Source of the DNA: Wallemia ichthyophaga EXF-994
Lineage: Eukaryota > Fungi > Basidiomycota
Assembly: GCF_000400465.1 (NCBI RefSeq)
Contig: NW_008806284.1
Location: forward strand, 144,001-268,000
Direction: 5' to 3'
Length of the DNA stretch: 124,000 nucleotides
The number at the start of each line of letters is the position of its first letter. Position 1 is the stretch's first letter. Shown one piece after another: positions 53,827 to 64,676 of this stretch. A model generated the notes under the pieces. The model did not search any database, was not told where the DNA came from, and saw only the letters and a program-made list of their open reading frames with translations. The position numbers and the translations under genes are program-made.

Positions 53827-55543
53827 ATGGTAGCCACCGGAATTGATCCTGGTGATGATAGCTTCAGCCGGAGTTTAAGCAGATGCAGCACAGTCCACGA
53901 TTCTACTCCGCCAGAACAGAAATCAGTCTCAAATTGGGTGGAAATCGACGACAGTGATGACCCTCAACGCTGGCCGCAGTCTGAGAAGCTCAAGGTTATG
54001 ATTGCTACAATCGGATTTTGTATTCTGGTATCAGGTGCATCCTCTTCGTTCGCTGTCGGAGTTTCAAGTATGGTCGACGATCTCCATACTTCGACAGAAT
54101 TGGGTAGCACGGCGTTGGCTATTTTCGTTATTGGCTTTGCTATAGCTCCTATGTTCTTCGCCGGGGCGTCCGAAGAGCTCGGTAGAACTCCTATGTATGC
54201 TATCACGTTTACTATCTATGGCGCTATGTTTCTACCTATAGGATTATGCAGTAGCATCACTGGCATCATTATTTCTCGCTTTATTCAGGGTCTCGCTGGT
54301 AGCTCTGGCAGCACTATGGTCGCCGGTTAGTTGGCTACCCACTCTAGAGCAACTTTTGACGCTTGGTTGCAGGAACAATATCAGATCTATATGGTAGCCA
54401 TGAAAGGGGCATCTATATGAGCTTTTTTGCCTTGAGCACAATGTCTAGTAAGTTTGACTGCAATTACAAAATTCTCAATCTCATCGATCACTAGGCACGG
54501 GTATCACACCTATGGTCTACTCATTTGTGCCACTAAAAACATCGCTCAGTGTTGCAGGTAGCTCCGGTCAAGGTGGTTGGCGCTGGATTCAGATAATACA
54601 GTGTATAGTGACAGCGTGCTACGGCATAGTCATGGTTTTGTTTCTGAAAGAGACGCGCATAAACGTCATAATGAAGAAAAAGGCTAGGAGAATGCGCAAA
54701 GAGACTGGAGATACAACAATCAAGGCACATGCAGAAGTGTTCAAGCCAACTAAGAAGGAATTACTGCAACAAAGTCTCTTCAGACCCATGCAATACTTAA
54801 CCCAAGAACCTATAGTAATCGCTTTTAGCTTCTTTATCGGATATGCCTGGGCTATCTTCTACTCTTTTATTGCCAGTATCACTCACGTCTTCCTCACTCT
54901 TTACGAAGATAACTACGGCATGAATCAGGGTACTGTAGGATACGTTTATGCTTCGATCGTAGTGGGTAGTGTGTTTGGTTTCCTCTTCAACTACTTTTTC
55001 CAGGAGAAATTTTTCTTCCAACGTTTCAACAAGAGTCGTCCCGTTGAGGCAAGACTAGGCGGTGCGATGGCATCGGGAATTATTTTTCCAATTGGTGCAT
55101 TCATATACGCATTCACTCTATACCCACACGTCCACCCAGCCGGACCTTGTGTCGGGCTGACCGTCATCCTAACAGGCATGTTTTCCATCTACCTATCATC
55201 TATGTCATATCTAGCAGACTGTTACCAAGCAAACGCCAGTAGTGCATTAGCTGCGATTGCTTTGATTCGTAACCTGACCGGAGGTGTAGTTATTCTGGTA
55301 ATAAGGCAGTGGTATGATGGGATGGGATTTGTTTGGGCTGGTTTACTTATTAGCCTTCTGGCTGTAGTGTTTGCTACAGTACCCATAGCGCTCTTCTTCT
55401 TTGGCAAACAATTGCGAATGAGGTCGAAATTCGCTCAGGAGATAGCAAAGATGTTGGAGGACGAGCGACTTGCAGTAAAGCAGGAGCAATTCAGTGAGAA
55501 CCCCGTTGAGATAGACAGACGCACGTCTATACAGCAGGTGTAA
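53827..55543 (+). CDS. MFS DHA1 transporter, copy 2, multi-exon
   Basis: DDPQRW, SEELGR, ETRINVIMKKKARRMRKETGD, QEPIV, VEARL, YLADCY. Confidence 0.9.
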
Positions 55544-55794
55544 GGGTACATCTGTATATTTTGGATTATTTGGATTATTTTCGGATCATTTACAGCATTT
55601 TTCACCTCATTTAGAGCATTTTTCCACATTTTTCGCACTTTTCAAGAATCAGCCAATTGCATTTACATAAATTCAAGCATTGTAAAATACATTTTGATGA
55701 AATTAACGCGTTTTTTTACGCGACTTGTGCTGAGTCAATTCAAACCTTATCGTTAAAATTCGGTAGGGTATCCGAGTGAGAAGATAAAAATAGA

Positions 55795-57641
55795 TTGTTT
55801 ATCTGGCGACGTCTACAAAGAACTTGTCAAAGATCCTTAATCACAATTAATTCTTCTACTTCACGCGTCCATCACCTAAACGCTCCTAGCGAGCTAAGCC
55901 GATCAAGTAGCAGCACAATAGATGTGAATTTAGACACTCGAGAGACATACAACGACAATTCAAACTATAAATCAGACACGGATAAGGACAGTCAGCATGT
56001 TCAGCACATATTCATAGAGATTGACGACAAGGATGATCCGATGCGATGGCCCAAGTATAAAAAGATGAGGATAGCGATAGCAGCTATTGGTTTCTCAGTT
56101 TTCGTGTCTGCCAGCACGGCTACCTTTGCACAGGGATTGTACCAGCTCGTGACCGATCTGGATACCACCACCGAGCTCGCGAATGTAGCTCAGGGAATCT
56201 TCGTCGTTGCTTTTGCTTTCCCGCCCATGCTTCTGGCAGGGCTTTCGGAGGAATATGGAAGGAGTAAGATGTGAGTGGTTGAGTGATTCGCAACACAAGT
56301 CTAACAAGACTTAGATTCCTCGTCTCTTACGCTCTCTACACACTTTTGCACCTCCCGATAGCCCTATCGACGAATATTACAGGCGTTATCCTCGGTCGTC
56401 TCTTCCAAGGCTTGGCAGCGAGTACAGGATCGACGCTGACGGCTGGTACGATAGCTGATATTTATACGGGCTATCATCGAGCACTGTGGATGTCAATTTT
56501 TGCAGCCTCTTCTCCTCTAGCCACCGGGGTTGCACCAGTTGTTTACTCATACGTACCCTCCAACTACGCGCTGCACTTCAAAGGTAGCAGTGGTGTTGGC
56601 GGATGGCGCTGGATACAAATTATCCAGATGATAGTGGCATTTGTGTGGGGTATTGTTCTGTGTTTATGGTTTAGGGAAACGCGCGTAAACGTAATCATGA
56701 AGAAGAAGGCTAGAAGAATGCGCAAGGAGACTGGCGACCACTCTCTCCAAGCTGAAGCGGAGCAGTACCGGATGTCGAAGCATCAGATGTTTCGTAATAG
56801 CTTCTTACGACCGTTGAAATTCTTACTGACAGAGCCAATAGTGGCTGTAATGAGCATGTTTATCGGGTGAGTTATAATTAAAACCGACAAGCCTGCACGC
56901 TTGTTATGTTGATAGTTCTCTTACTCCGACTTAGGTTCGCCTGGGCTGTCTTTTTCTCTCTACAGGCTAGCATATCGCACGTCTTCTTGACTCTGTATAG
57001 CGACAACTATGCCATGACTCATGGCTCCGTTGGTTTCGTCTTTATCGCCATCATAGTGGGTACTGTTATTGGTTTTGTTTTCAACCTCTACTTCCAAGAA
57101 AAGTGGTTTTACGACAAGTTTCATCCGCGCTACTCTGTCGAAGCTAGGCTCGGCTCGAGTATGGTATCCGGTATTGTTTTCCCTATCGGCGCTTTCATAT
57201 ATGCGTTCACAACGTACAGTTTCGTGCACTGGATTGCGCCGTGCATCGCAATCACGGTAATTATGGCAGGTATCTTTCCAATCTACTACAGCTCAATGAA
57301 TTATCTCTCTGAATGTTACGGAACGACGGCATCCTCAGCACTAGCGTCTATAGCGATGGTGCGAAATCTGACAGGTGAGGCGTTTGTGGATGATTGCGAG
57401 GTTTTTATTTCTAACTGCTCTCTCTCTCCTAGGCGGGTGCATTCAATTCGTTATTCTCCAATGGCTCGACGGACTCGGGGATAGATTTCAGTATGCGCTG
57501 CTTATGATAGCAGTGATGGCTACAGCGTTAGCAGTGATACCGATTGCACTCTTTCTATTCGGGTCTCGTATACGCCAGCGATCGACGTACGCGCAGGCTA
57601 TATCTGCCAACGAAAGCGCAACAGTTGCTGAAAAAGATTAG
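55795..57641 (+). CDS. MFS DHA1 transporter, copy 3, multi-exon; start codon uncertain
   Basis: DDPMRWP, SEEYGR, GTIADIY, ETRVNVIMKKKARRMRKETGD (near-identical to copy 2), TEPIV, VEARL. Confidence 0.85.
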
Positions 57642-57802
57642 CTTGATAGACGCGAGTCTGTCAATCAGGCGTAGTGTCGATTGTGATTATAGATAATTAG
57701 CAGGAATGTCTTGGGAAAAGAAAATTGTCTTCATCTATAAAGGATTGATTGATATTCTAATATTTCATCTATAAAAGTCTGATATCTAAAATTGCACGCC
57801 AT

Positions 57803-59521
57803 TTACACGCCACTCGAGAGTTCGGCATACTGTCTGCTGCTCATCTCGCTTAAACGCGAGACAGCTCTAGCGAAAGCGAAGACCTCTTCCTGGCCGGTGA
57901 ACATAGACGACGCCCCAACAGTGTCAGCGTTGAGGCCCTGAGTGTGTGTGAGGGGGGTTACGAGAGGGAGTCGAAGCAGCACCATCGTGCCAGTGTGCCA
58001 AGAATCCACTCACCAGATCATCCATCGCAGAACGCATCACGTCGGTGATTTCACCTGCGTTGCTTGACTCATCTGCGAAAATAGCCTCAATCGGCACCTG
58101 CGAAAGGAGGAGGAGGCGAGCTTTCGATTCGTAAGCTGCGTCAATGAAGGTGATGAAACGGCGGGCCTAGAGGTAGAGTGGAGAGGGAGTAGATGTTAGC
58201 GTAAGCGTCAGCACTACTTATACTACCAAAAGCACACCCACCTGATCCTTCACATTGAGGGAGAGCTGCGGGATATCGTCTACAAAGATAGTGTTGAACG
58301 TGGCCACTATCTCGAGATAGTCCGCAGCACTGAGAGGCATTCCGCAGAGCTGAGAAAAGGAGAACCGCGCAACGTTGCCGTCGGAGCTGCTAAGTGGGAT
58401 GCGCAGTGGACGGCCCCACACGTGCAGCTCTCTATTATGGATCACATCAGGAGTAGCATCCGCAGTGGCCTCCCACATCTTTTCAAATTCCGTTCTGTTC
58501 GCTGAATCGATAGGAGAGAAATAAACCTTAGTACTGGCGCGTGGTAATTTGCGGTAATCAGTGCCCGAGTTTAGAGAAACAACATCAAATGCCGTCTTGA
58601 GAAGGGAGATGCAAGGAAGGAAAGAGTCGCGCTGAATGCCATTTGCGTACAGCTCATCGGGATGTCTGTTACTAGTCATAACCGCCACAACACCGCGATC
58701 GATCAGACCATCGAACAACCTGCGCAGGATCATCGCATCGACTATATCGACCACTTGGAATTCATCGAAGGAGAGCACGGTGCATTCTTGGGCTAGCAAC
58801 TCTATCACGTCAGCTAAAGGATCAGAAGAGCCTGCCACGCGCGCTACGTGTATCCGCTTGTGCACGCTCTGCATAAACGCGTGAAAATGCCACCTCTGCG
58901 CGCGGTCGCGGAGGTGGGACGGGACTGTGTTGTGGAAGAGGTCCATGAGCATTGATCTGTGTGAGTGTGAGAGTGAGTTTGTGCTATATAAACAACCTCA
59001 ACTCACTTCCCCGTGCCTACGTCGCCGTAGAGATACAGACCATGTGGGATACGGGAGCGTTTATCTTCGATGGCCTGTGCGCGTTCGGAATCAAGTAGCG
59101 CCTGCGATTTACCTCCAATGACCCGTTTCCACCACGGCAGCGGCGCGGTAGATGCACTAATGCGGCTGTCTAGTGCAAATAGTGCGCTGGGATTATACGT
59201 CGTCAGCTCGCAATGGAGATCATTGAGTCGGGCTATAACCCGGGATTGGTGACTATCAGCATTGAGAACACCCGTTTTAACGAGGTCTTTGTATTTCTCT
59301 ATTGGCGTGTTCGTGGATGAAGCTGTGTGCGGTGTGTTGCCCCCTCTGCTTCCCTCTTCGCCCGCATATCCATCCTCTGTCTCCTCAGCGCTGAGCGTGG
59401 TGTGCGTGCTGTAAACTCTACCACTAATTCTGCCCATTTTATTAAAACTCGTGTGCCTTATCCCACTGCGAACACTCCTCGGTATTCCTCGAATCACCTG
59501 CGCCAATCGCGACGTCATCAT
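57803..59521 (-). CDS. AFG1: Mitochondrial AFG1/ZapE-family ATPase, multi-exon
   Basis: GLYLYGDVGTGK, HFHAFM, FDEFQV.DIVDAMIL, TSNRHPDELY, DYR, ARRFITFIDA.YE, FAFARAVSRLSEM. Confidence 0.93.
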
Positions 59522-59692
59522 GGAAGCAAAGAGGGGACTGAAGCGAGAAGACAAAAACAAAAAAGTCGAGTAACAAATAAAACAACGCAAAAGGATCGGA
59601 AGAATGCAATGTGTATTATTATTTCGTTAAGTGACAGATACATCTAAATAAAACATGAAATGGTGTGTAGGGGATAAATACAGCTAACTAAT

Positions 59693-61678
59693 TTAGTCAA
59701 CCTCCTCAACAGATGGGCCATCACCGCCACCTTGGCCTTCAGCACCTGGGGCAGGTGCACCACCTGGCATACCGCCTGGAGCACCGCCTTGACCGTAGAG
59801 CTTCTGCATGATTGGTGAGGCAACACCCTCAAGTTCCTTCTGGCGACTCTCAAACTCATCCTTGCTAGCAGCTTCAGAGTTGTCGAGGAATGAGATTGTC
59901 TCGTTGACAGCCTCATCCAACTTCTTCTTGTCATCTTCACCGAACTTGTCCTTGAGGTTGTCGTCATTCATTGCGTTACGCAAGTTGTAGGCGTATGACT
60001 CAAGTCCGTTACGTGCGTGGATTCTTGAGGCTGCTTCTTCATCCTCAGCCTTGAACTTCTCAGCATCACTAACCATTCTCTCAATGTCCTCCTTAGTAAG
60101 ACGACCCTTGTCGTTAGTGATGGTGATCTTGTTGCTCTTACCGGTAGTCTTGTCAGCAGCGTTAACGTTCAAAATACCGTTAGCGTCAATGTCGAAGGTA
60201 ACCTCGATTTGTGGTACACCACGTGGTGCTGGTGGAATACCAGAAAGTTCGAATTTACCGAGCAAGTTGTTGTCCTTGGTACGAGCACGTTCACCCTCGA
60301 ATACTTGGATAAGGACACCTGGTTGGTTGTCGGCGTAAGTAGAGAAGACCTCAGACTTCTTGGTTGGAACAGTAGTGTTACGCTTGATGAGTGCAGTCAT
60401 CACACCACCTGCAGTTTCAATACCGGTTGAGAGTGGAGCAACATCGAGAAGGAGCAAGTCTTGAGTCTTCTCTGAAACATCACCGCTGAGGATCGAAGCT
60501 TGGACAGCAGCACCGAAAGCAACAGCCTCATCAGGGTTGATGGAGCGGTTAGCCTCCTTACCGTTGAAGAAGTCAGCAACGAGCTTTTGGATCTTTGGAA
60601 TACGAGTAGAACCACCAACAAGGACAATGTCGTGGACAGAGGACTTGTCAGCCTTGGCATCACGGAGAACGCTCTCGACAGGCTCCATGGTGTTACGGAA
60701 AAGATCTTGACAGAGTTCCTCGAAACGAGCACGGGTGATTGACGAGTAGAGGTCCATACCCTCGAACAAAGAGTCGATTTCAATGGTAGTTTGAGCAGCA
60801 GATGAAAGGGTACGCTTGGCACGCTCACATGAAGTGCGGAGACGACGCATAGCACGAGCGTTGTCGGAGATGTCCTTCTTGTTCTTACGCTTGAATTCTT
60901 GAACAAAGTGGTTGACGAGACGGTTGTCAAAGTCCTCACCACCAAGGTGAGTGTCACCAGCAGTGGACTTGACTTCGAAGATACCCTCCTCGATGGTGAG
61001 GAGTGAGACATCGAAGGTACCACCACCCAAATCGAAGATAAGGACGTTGCGCTCACCCTCAGTCTTCTTGTCGAGACCGTAAGCAATAGCAGCAGCGGTT
61101 GGCTCGTTGATGATACGCATGACGTTGAGACCAGCGATCAAACCGGCGTCCTTGGTAGCTTGACGTTGTGAGTCGTTGAAGTAGGCTGGAACGGTAACAA
61201 CGGCGTCCTTGACGGTGGTACCGAGGTAAGCCTCAGCAATGTCCTTCATCTTGACGAGAACCATTGCGCTGACTTCCTCAGGAGTGAATTGCTTCTTCTC
61301 GCCCTTGTACTCGACCTCGATCTTTGGCTTGTCGGCTGAGTCTTGGATGAGCTTGAATGGCCAGTGCTTGTTGTCAGCCTGGACATCGTCATCAGAGAAC
61401 TTGCGACCAATCAAACGCTTAGCGTCGAAGACCGTGTTGTAAGGGTTCATAGCCGTTTGGTTCTTTGCGGCGTCACCAATCAGACGCTCAGTGTCTGTGA
61501 AAGCGACGTATGAAGGGGTAGTGCGGTTACCTTGGTCGTTGGCGATAATTTCGACTCTGTCGTTTTGCCAGACAGCGACACAGGAGTATGTTGTACCCAA
61601 ATCGATACCTGGGATATTTGTTAGTTTAGCTGCTATGAAATTCCTATAACCCTCACCAATTGCTTTGCTAGATGTCAT
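59693..61678 (-). CDS. HSP70: Cytosolic Hsp70 (SSA type); 48-nt intron at 61609-61656
   Basis: [34 protein letters not shown]-terminal EEVD. Confidence 0.99.
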   Translation of the reverse strand: MTSSKAIGEGYRNFIAAKLTNIPGIDLGTTYSCVAVWQNDRVEIIANDQGNRTTPSYVAFTDTERLIGDAAKNQTAMNPYNTVFDAKRLIGRKFSDDDVQADNKHWPFKLIQDSADKPKIEVEYKGEKKQFTPEEVSAMVLVKMKDIAEAYLGTTVKDAVVTVPAYFNDSQRQATKDAGLIAGLNVMRIINEPTAAAIAYGLDKKTEGERNVLIFDLGGGTFDVSLLTIEEGIFEVKSTAGDTHLGGEDFDNRLVNHFVQEFKRKNKKDISDNARAMRRLRTSCERAKRTLSSAAQTTIEIDSLFEGMDLYSSITRARFEELCQDLFRNTMEPVESVLRDAKADKSSVHDIVLVGGSTRIPKIQKLVADFFNGKEANRSINPDEAVAFGAAVQASILSGDVSEKTQDLLLLDVAPLSTGIETAGGVMTALIKRNTTVPTKKSEVFSTYADNQPGVLIQVFEGERARTKDNNLLGKFELSGIPPAPRGVPQIEVTFDIDANGILNVNAADKTTGKSNKITITNDKGRLTKEDIERMVSDAEKFKAEDEEAASRIHARNGLESYAYNLRNAMNDDNLKDKFGEDDKKKLDEAVNETISFLDNSEAASKDEFESRQKELEGVASPIMQKLYGQGGAPGGMPGGAPAPGAEGQGGGDGPSVEEVD

Positions 61679-61770
61679 TATTTTATTTTGTGATGGTTAT
61701 GTGAGAAGCCCCTTCGCTGGCTTATATTTGGTGAAATTTTGTCAAATTCCCGAAGTTAAGAGAAGATGAG

Positions 61771-61785
61771 AGAATGTTCCCGAAA
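61771..61785. promoter_or_regulatory. Perfect heat-shock element (nGAAn-nTTCn-nGAAn) upstream of HSP70; second partial HSE at ~61746-61755
   Basis: aGAAt gTTCc cGAAa, ~95 bp upstream of the ATG; TATA-like element at ~61722. Confidence 0.85.
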
Positions 61786-61979
61786 TGTCGTGGGTGAGGG
61801 TGAGAGGGGTATCATTGAGATCGCGCGGATTCGGTGATTCTGTTGGTGCTTTACATGTGTACAATTGGTTTATTGTGGGTGCGCCTATTGACGTCATCTG
61901 CGGACTGCGTCGTCTTCTTGATTGAAAATACGAATATATTCATCAATTGTATTACAAGATATAAATCATTCATTCTCTC

Positions 61980-63164
61980 CTAGTAAAAGTGCTCTGCTTG
62001 AGGTATTGGGTTGCGAATAGCATCTGGAGTAAGTCTACTAATATCTGCCGACAATTTACACTCTGTGATAATATCAGCGAGTACTTTGCCTGTAGCAGGG
62101 CCTAATAAAATACCCCACACGCTATGTCCAGCGCCGACGTGAATGCCCGGTGAGATGGTCCCTATAAGTGGATTGCTTGAGCTACCAGTAGGTATTGGCA
62201 TATAGCAGGCTTGTTCGGCGACTACCTCAGTCAGGCTACCTTGGTATGTAGAGAAGTGTTGTGGGGAGATAAGTGCGGCTTCCTTCTTGAGCTGGGCGAT
62301 GCTGGCTGCATCTACCTCAACCTCCGCCGCCGTATTCGGTAGCCTGGCGTCATCTGCACTGCCACATACAAACGCCGTACCATCTGGCCTAGCAAACAGC
62401 TCTGGCTCTGATGGCTGATGGCCGCGGACTAGTAGATTGACAAATAAACAGTGGGCTGACATATGCAGCTGGCTCGGTGGCTGGAGGATAATGGAGTGAA
62501 TGCGTTGGCCATCGACGCGTGCAATGTTTGATTCTTCACGTGTGAGTGTGTCAGCTGCTAATTTGCCTGTCCATGGACCAGTGGCGAATACGACATGGTC
62601 ACACTCAATCTGCCACTCATTTTCACCATCTGAGACAGTTGCTGATCTTGGTCTATTCTCCTTGTCTTGGTTTCTTTCAATCGATATCAAGTGGGCTTTG
62701 ACGAAGGTGGCTTTTGATTGTGCTAATAACATTTCCACTAACGGACGCGGATTCACCTGTGCACACATATTCGGTGATCCTAGCAAATTGCACTCGGAGA
62801 CAATCACATTCGGATCAACCCAATTTGTACCAAACTTCTTGTGTTCATATTGAGGGCATTTTCGATGACCAATTTCTGCAGATAAGTTGAGTGCTGTTAC
62901 TCTGCGATAACCCCAGTTGCGTGGACCGTCCAACTTGTCAGCGAGATCTTGGTGTATACGCCAGCTCAATTGAGATAATGAATTTGAATCAGGGCCATTC
63001 CAATCGGCAGCAATGAAACCACCTGCTTTTCCTGAGGCACCGGGTGCAATGCCTGAGGAATCGATGATAGTGATGTGAGCTGGATCCTGAGACTGTGATA
63101 GGAAGTAGGCAGTTGAAGTACCAACAATACCACAACCAACGATTAAAACGTTTTTATTTGACAT
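61980..63164 (-). CDS. FAD-dependent oxidoreductase (DAO family, Tda3-like)
   Basis: GCGIVG, ASGKAGGF, ATGPWT, QACYMP, GHSVWGILLGPATG. Confidence 0.88.
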   Translation of the reverse strand: MSNKNVLIVGCGIVGTSTAYFLSQSQDPAHITIIDSSGIAPGASGKAGGFIAADWNGPDSNSLSQLSWRIHQDLADKLDGPRNWGYRRVTALNLSAEIGHRKCPQYEHKKFGTNWVDPNVIVSECNLLGSPNMCAQVNPRPLVEMLLAQSKATFVKAHLISIERNQDKENRPRSATVSDGENEWQIECDHVVFATGPWTGKLAADTLTREESNIARVDGQRIHSIILQPPSQLHMSAHCLFVNLLVRGHQPSEPELFARPDGTAFVCGSADDARLPNTAAEVEVDAASIAQLKKEAALISPQHFSTYQGSLTEVVAEQACYMPIPTGSSSNPLIGTISPGIHVGAGHSVWGILLGPATGKVLADIITECKLSADISRLTPDAIRNPIPQAEHFY

Positions 63165-63603
63165 TTATACAGTGGATGTTTAAAATGAAAATTAATTTAT
63201 TTTGTACCTTGTAGTACACATACTTATGGGAGTAGTACATGATGAATTGGCTGTGGTTAAGAGGATCAGATATAAGAATATAAATGCTTTAAGAGGTCAA
63301 ATTTGGTTTAATTGGCTCGATTTATTCATCAATTCAGTCAGTAGGCTGCTCAAAGAAAAGACAGCAGCCAACCAATCAAAAGCCACGCACGCAGCGCTTA
63401 AACTCACGGAATTCCTAGATTACCAGCTAAAGCTAACGCATTTCATTCCAATTACACTCACGTTACTTGGTTGTGTGGCTAGAATATGGGATTGGATGGG
63501 ATCCGTTTCCATATCTCATTAGCATTCCATTCCAAGGGTTTCGTATAAAATTCATAACATGGCTCTCTTTCTCTTTCTTAGAACACTGTAAACAATCAGT
63601 AGA

Positions 63604-64125
63604 ATGTCCCTCCTCATCACTCTCACCAGATTCTTCAAAGTCGTAATCATCGCCTTCTCCATCGCGATTATCGTGTTGGGTGCTGTATATACCAGAGACG
63701 TAAGCGACTGGTTTAGCCATGCCCGCTATGCATCAGCCGTCGCCGCTCTCCTCGCCGCATCAGCCTTAAACCTCCTCACAACCCTCATCCCGCTCACATA
63801 CGGTGGTTTATCCGTCGGCCTCAACGTTCTCCTCTACCTCTTCAACTTCCTCTTCACATTCGCAACTGCAATCGCTGTTGCTGCCCTGAGAGAAGGCAGA
63901 GGCGGTATGGCTTACTGCCGCGACTTGCAACCAAACAGGATGTTCTCGCACTGTTTCGACCAGTATCTCGCTCTCATCGTATTAGGCTTCCTCCTCGCCT
64001 TCTTCGACCTCTTCCTCGTCATCATTTACCCCATCGCGGTGATGCTCCACAACAAACGCGTCAACCAGTCAAATGGGTTTAGAACGAGGACTGACAGTCT
64101 CTTACCAAAGCAGCAGGAAAATTGA
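63604..64125 (+). CDS. Four-TM membrane protein (MARVEL-like)
   Basis: Four hydrophobic segments with a Cys pair in the last loop. Confidence 0.6.
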   Translation: MSLLITLTRFFKVVIIAFSIAIIVLGAVYTRDVSDWFSHARYASAVAALLAASALNLLTTLIPLTYGGLSVGLNVLLYLFNFLFTFATAIAVAALREGRGGMAYCRDLQPNRMFSHCFDQYLALIVLGFLLAFFDLFLVIIYPIAVMLHNKRVNQSNGFRTRTDSLLPKQQEN

Positions 64126-64271
64126 AGATGTTTTCTCTTAACTTTGTTCTCCTCTCTTCACTCATGTACCGTGCATCCACATTAATTTTTAATACCTAAT
64201 CTTAATATCACATCGGATTATATTGTCCGTTTACCTTGATTTCTTTATCTGGCTGCTTTGCCTTAACTTAA

Positions 64272-64620
64272 ATGGCTGAAGATGGTTTTGTCTGTGTTTT
64301 CTTAATCCTTGTTTTCTCTTCTCATTCACAATTTACAGGGCTGCGCTGGCCTCATATCCATCTGCTGCGTGTCCATTATCGAACCCATCTGCAACACGCA
64401 CAGATGCGGTATGTGCAACGCGTGCTCCTGCAACTGCTGCAAATGCTGCCAAAATAAATTTGATCAAGATAATTGGAATGCACACAAGAGTCCATTTGAC
64501 AGGGATGACGGTGACACAGCGACCACCCAGCAACCCACACAGCAGCCCAATATGAACGTCGGTGGCGATGCTGTTACTCTAAGCAACAACCCACCTCCAC
64601 CTCCATACTCAACTCAATGA
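64272..64620 (+). CDS. Small cysteine-rich protein with a C-terminal PPxY motif (likely 2 exons)
   Basis: Exon 1 MAEDGF, then GCAGLISICCVSIIEPICNTHRCGMCNACSCNCCKCCQ...PPPPPYSTQ. Confidence 0.6.
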
Positions 64621-64676
64621 AAATTAACCTGGGTATCTTCTTTTGTATCTTCCCTACAATTCAATTCACTTTCCGT

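Noticed and set aside
59644-61442. Several long alternative-frame and antisense ORFs over HSP70 (e.g. 60400-61086)
   Set aside because: Well-known by-product of strong codon bias in highly expressed hsp70 genes. The same applies to shadow ORFs over PMA1, UGP1 and the C9-methyltransferase.
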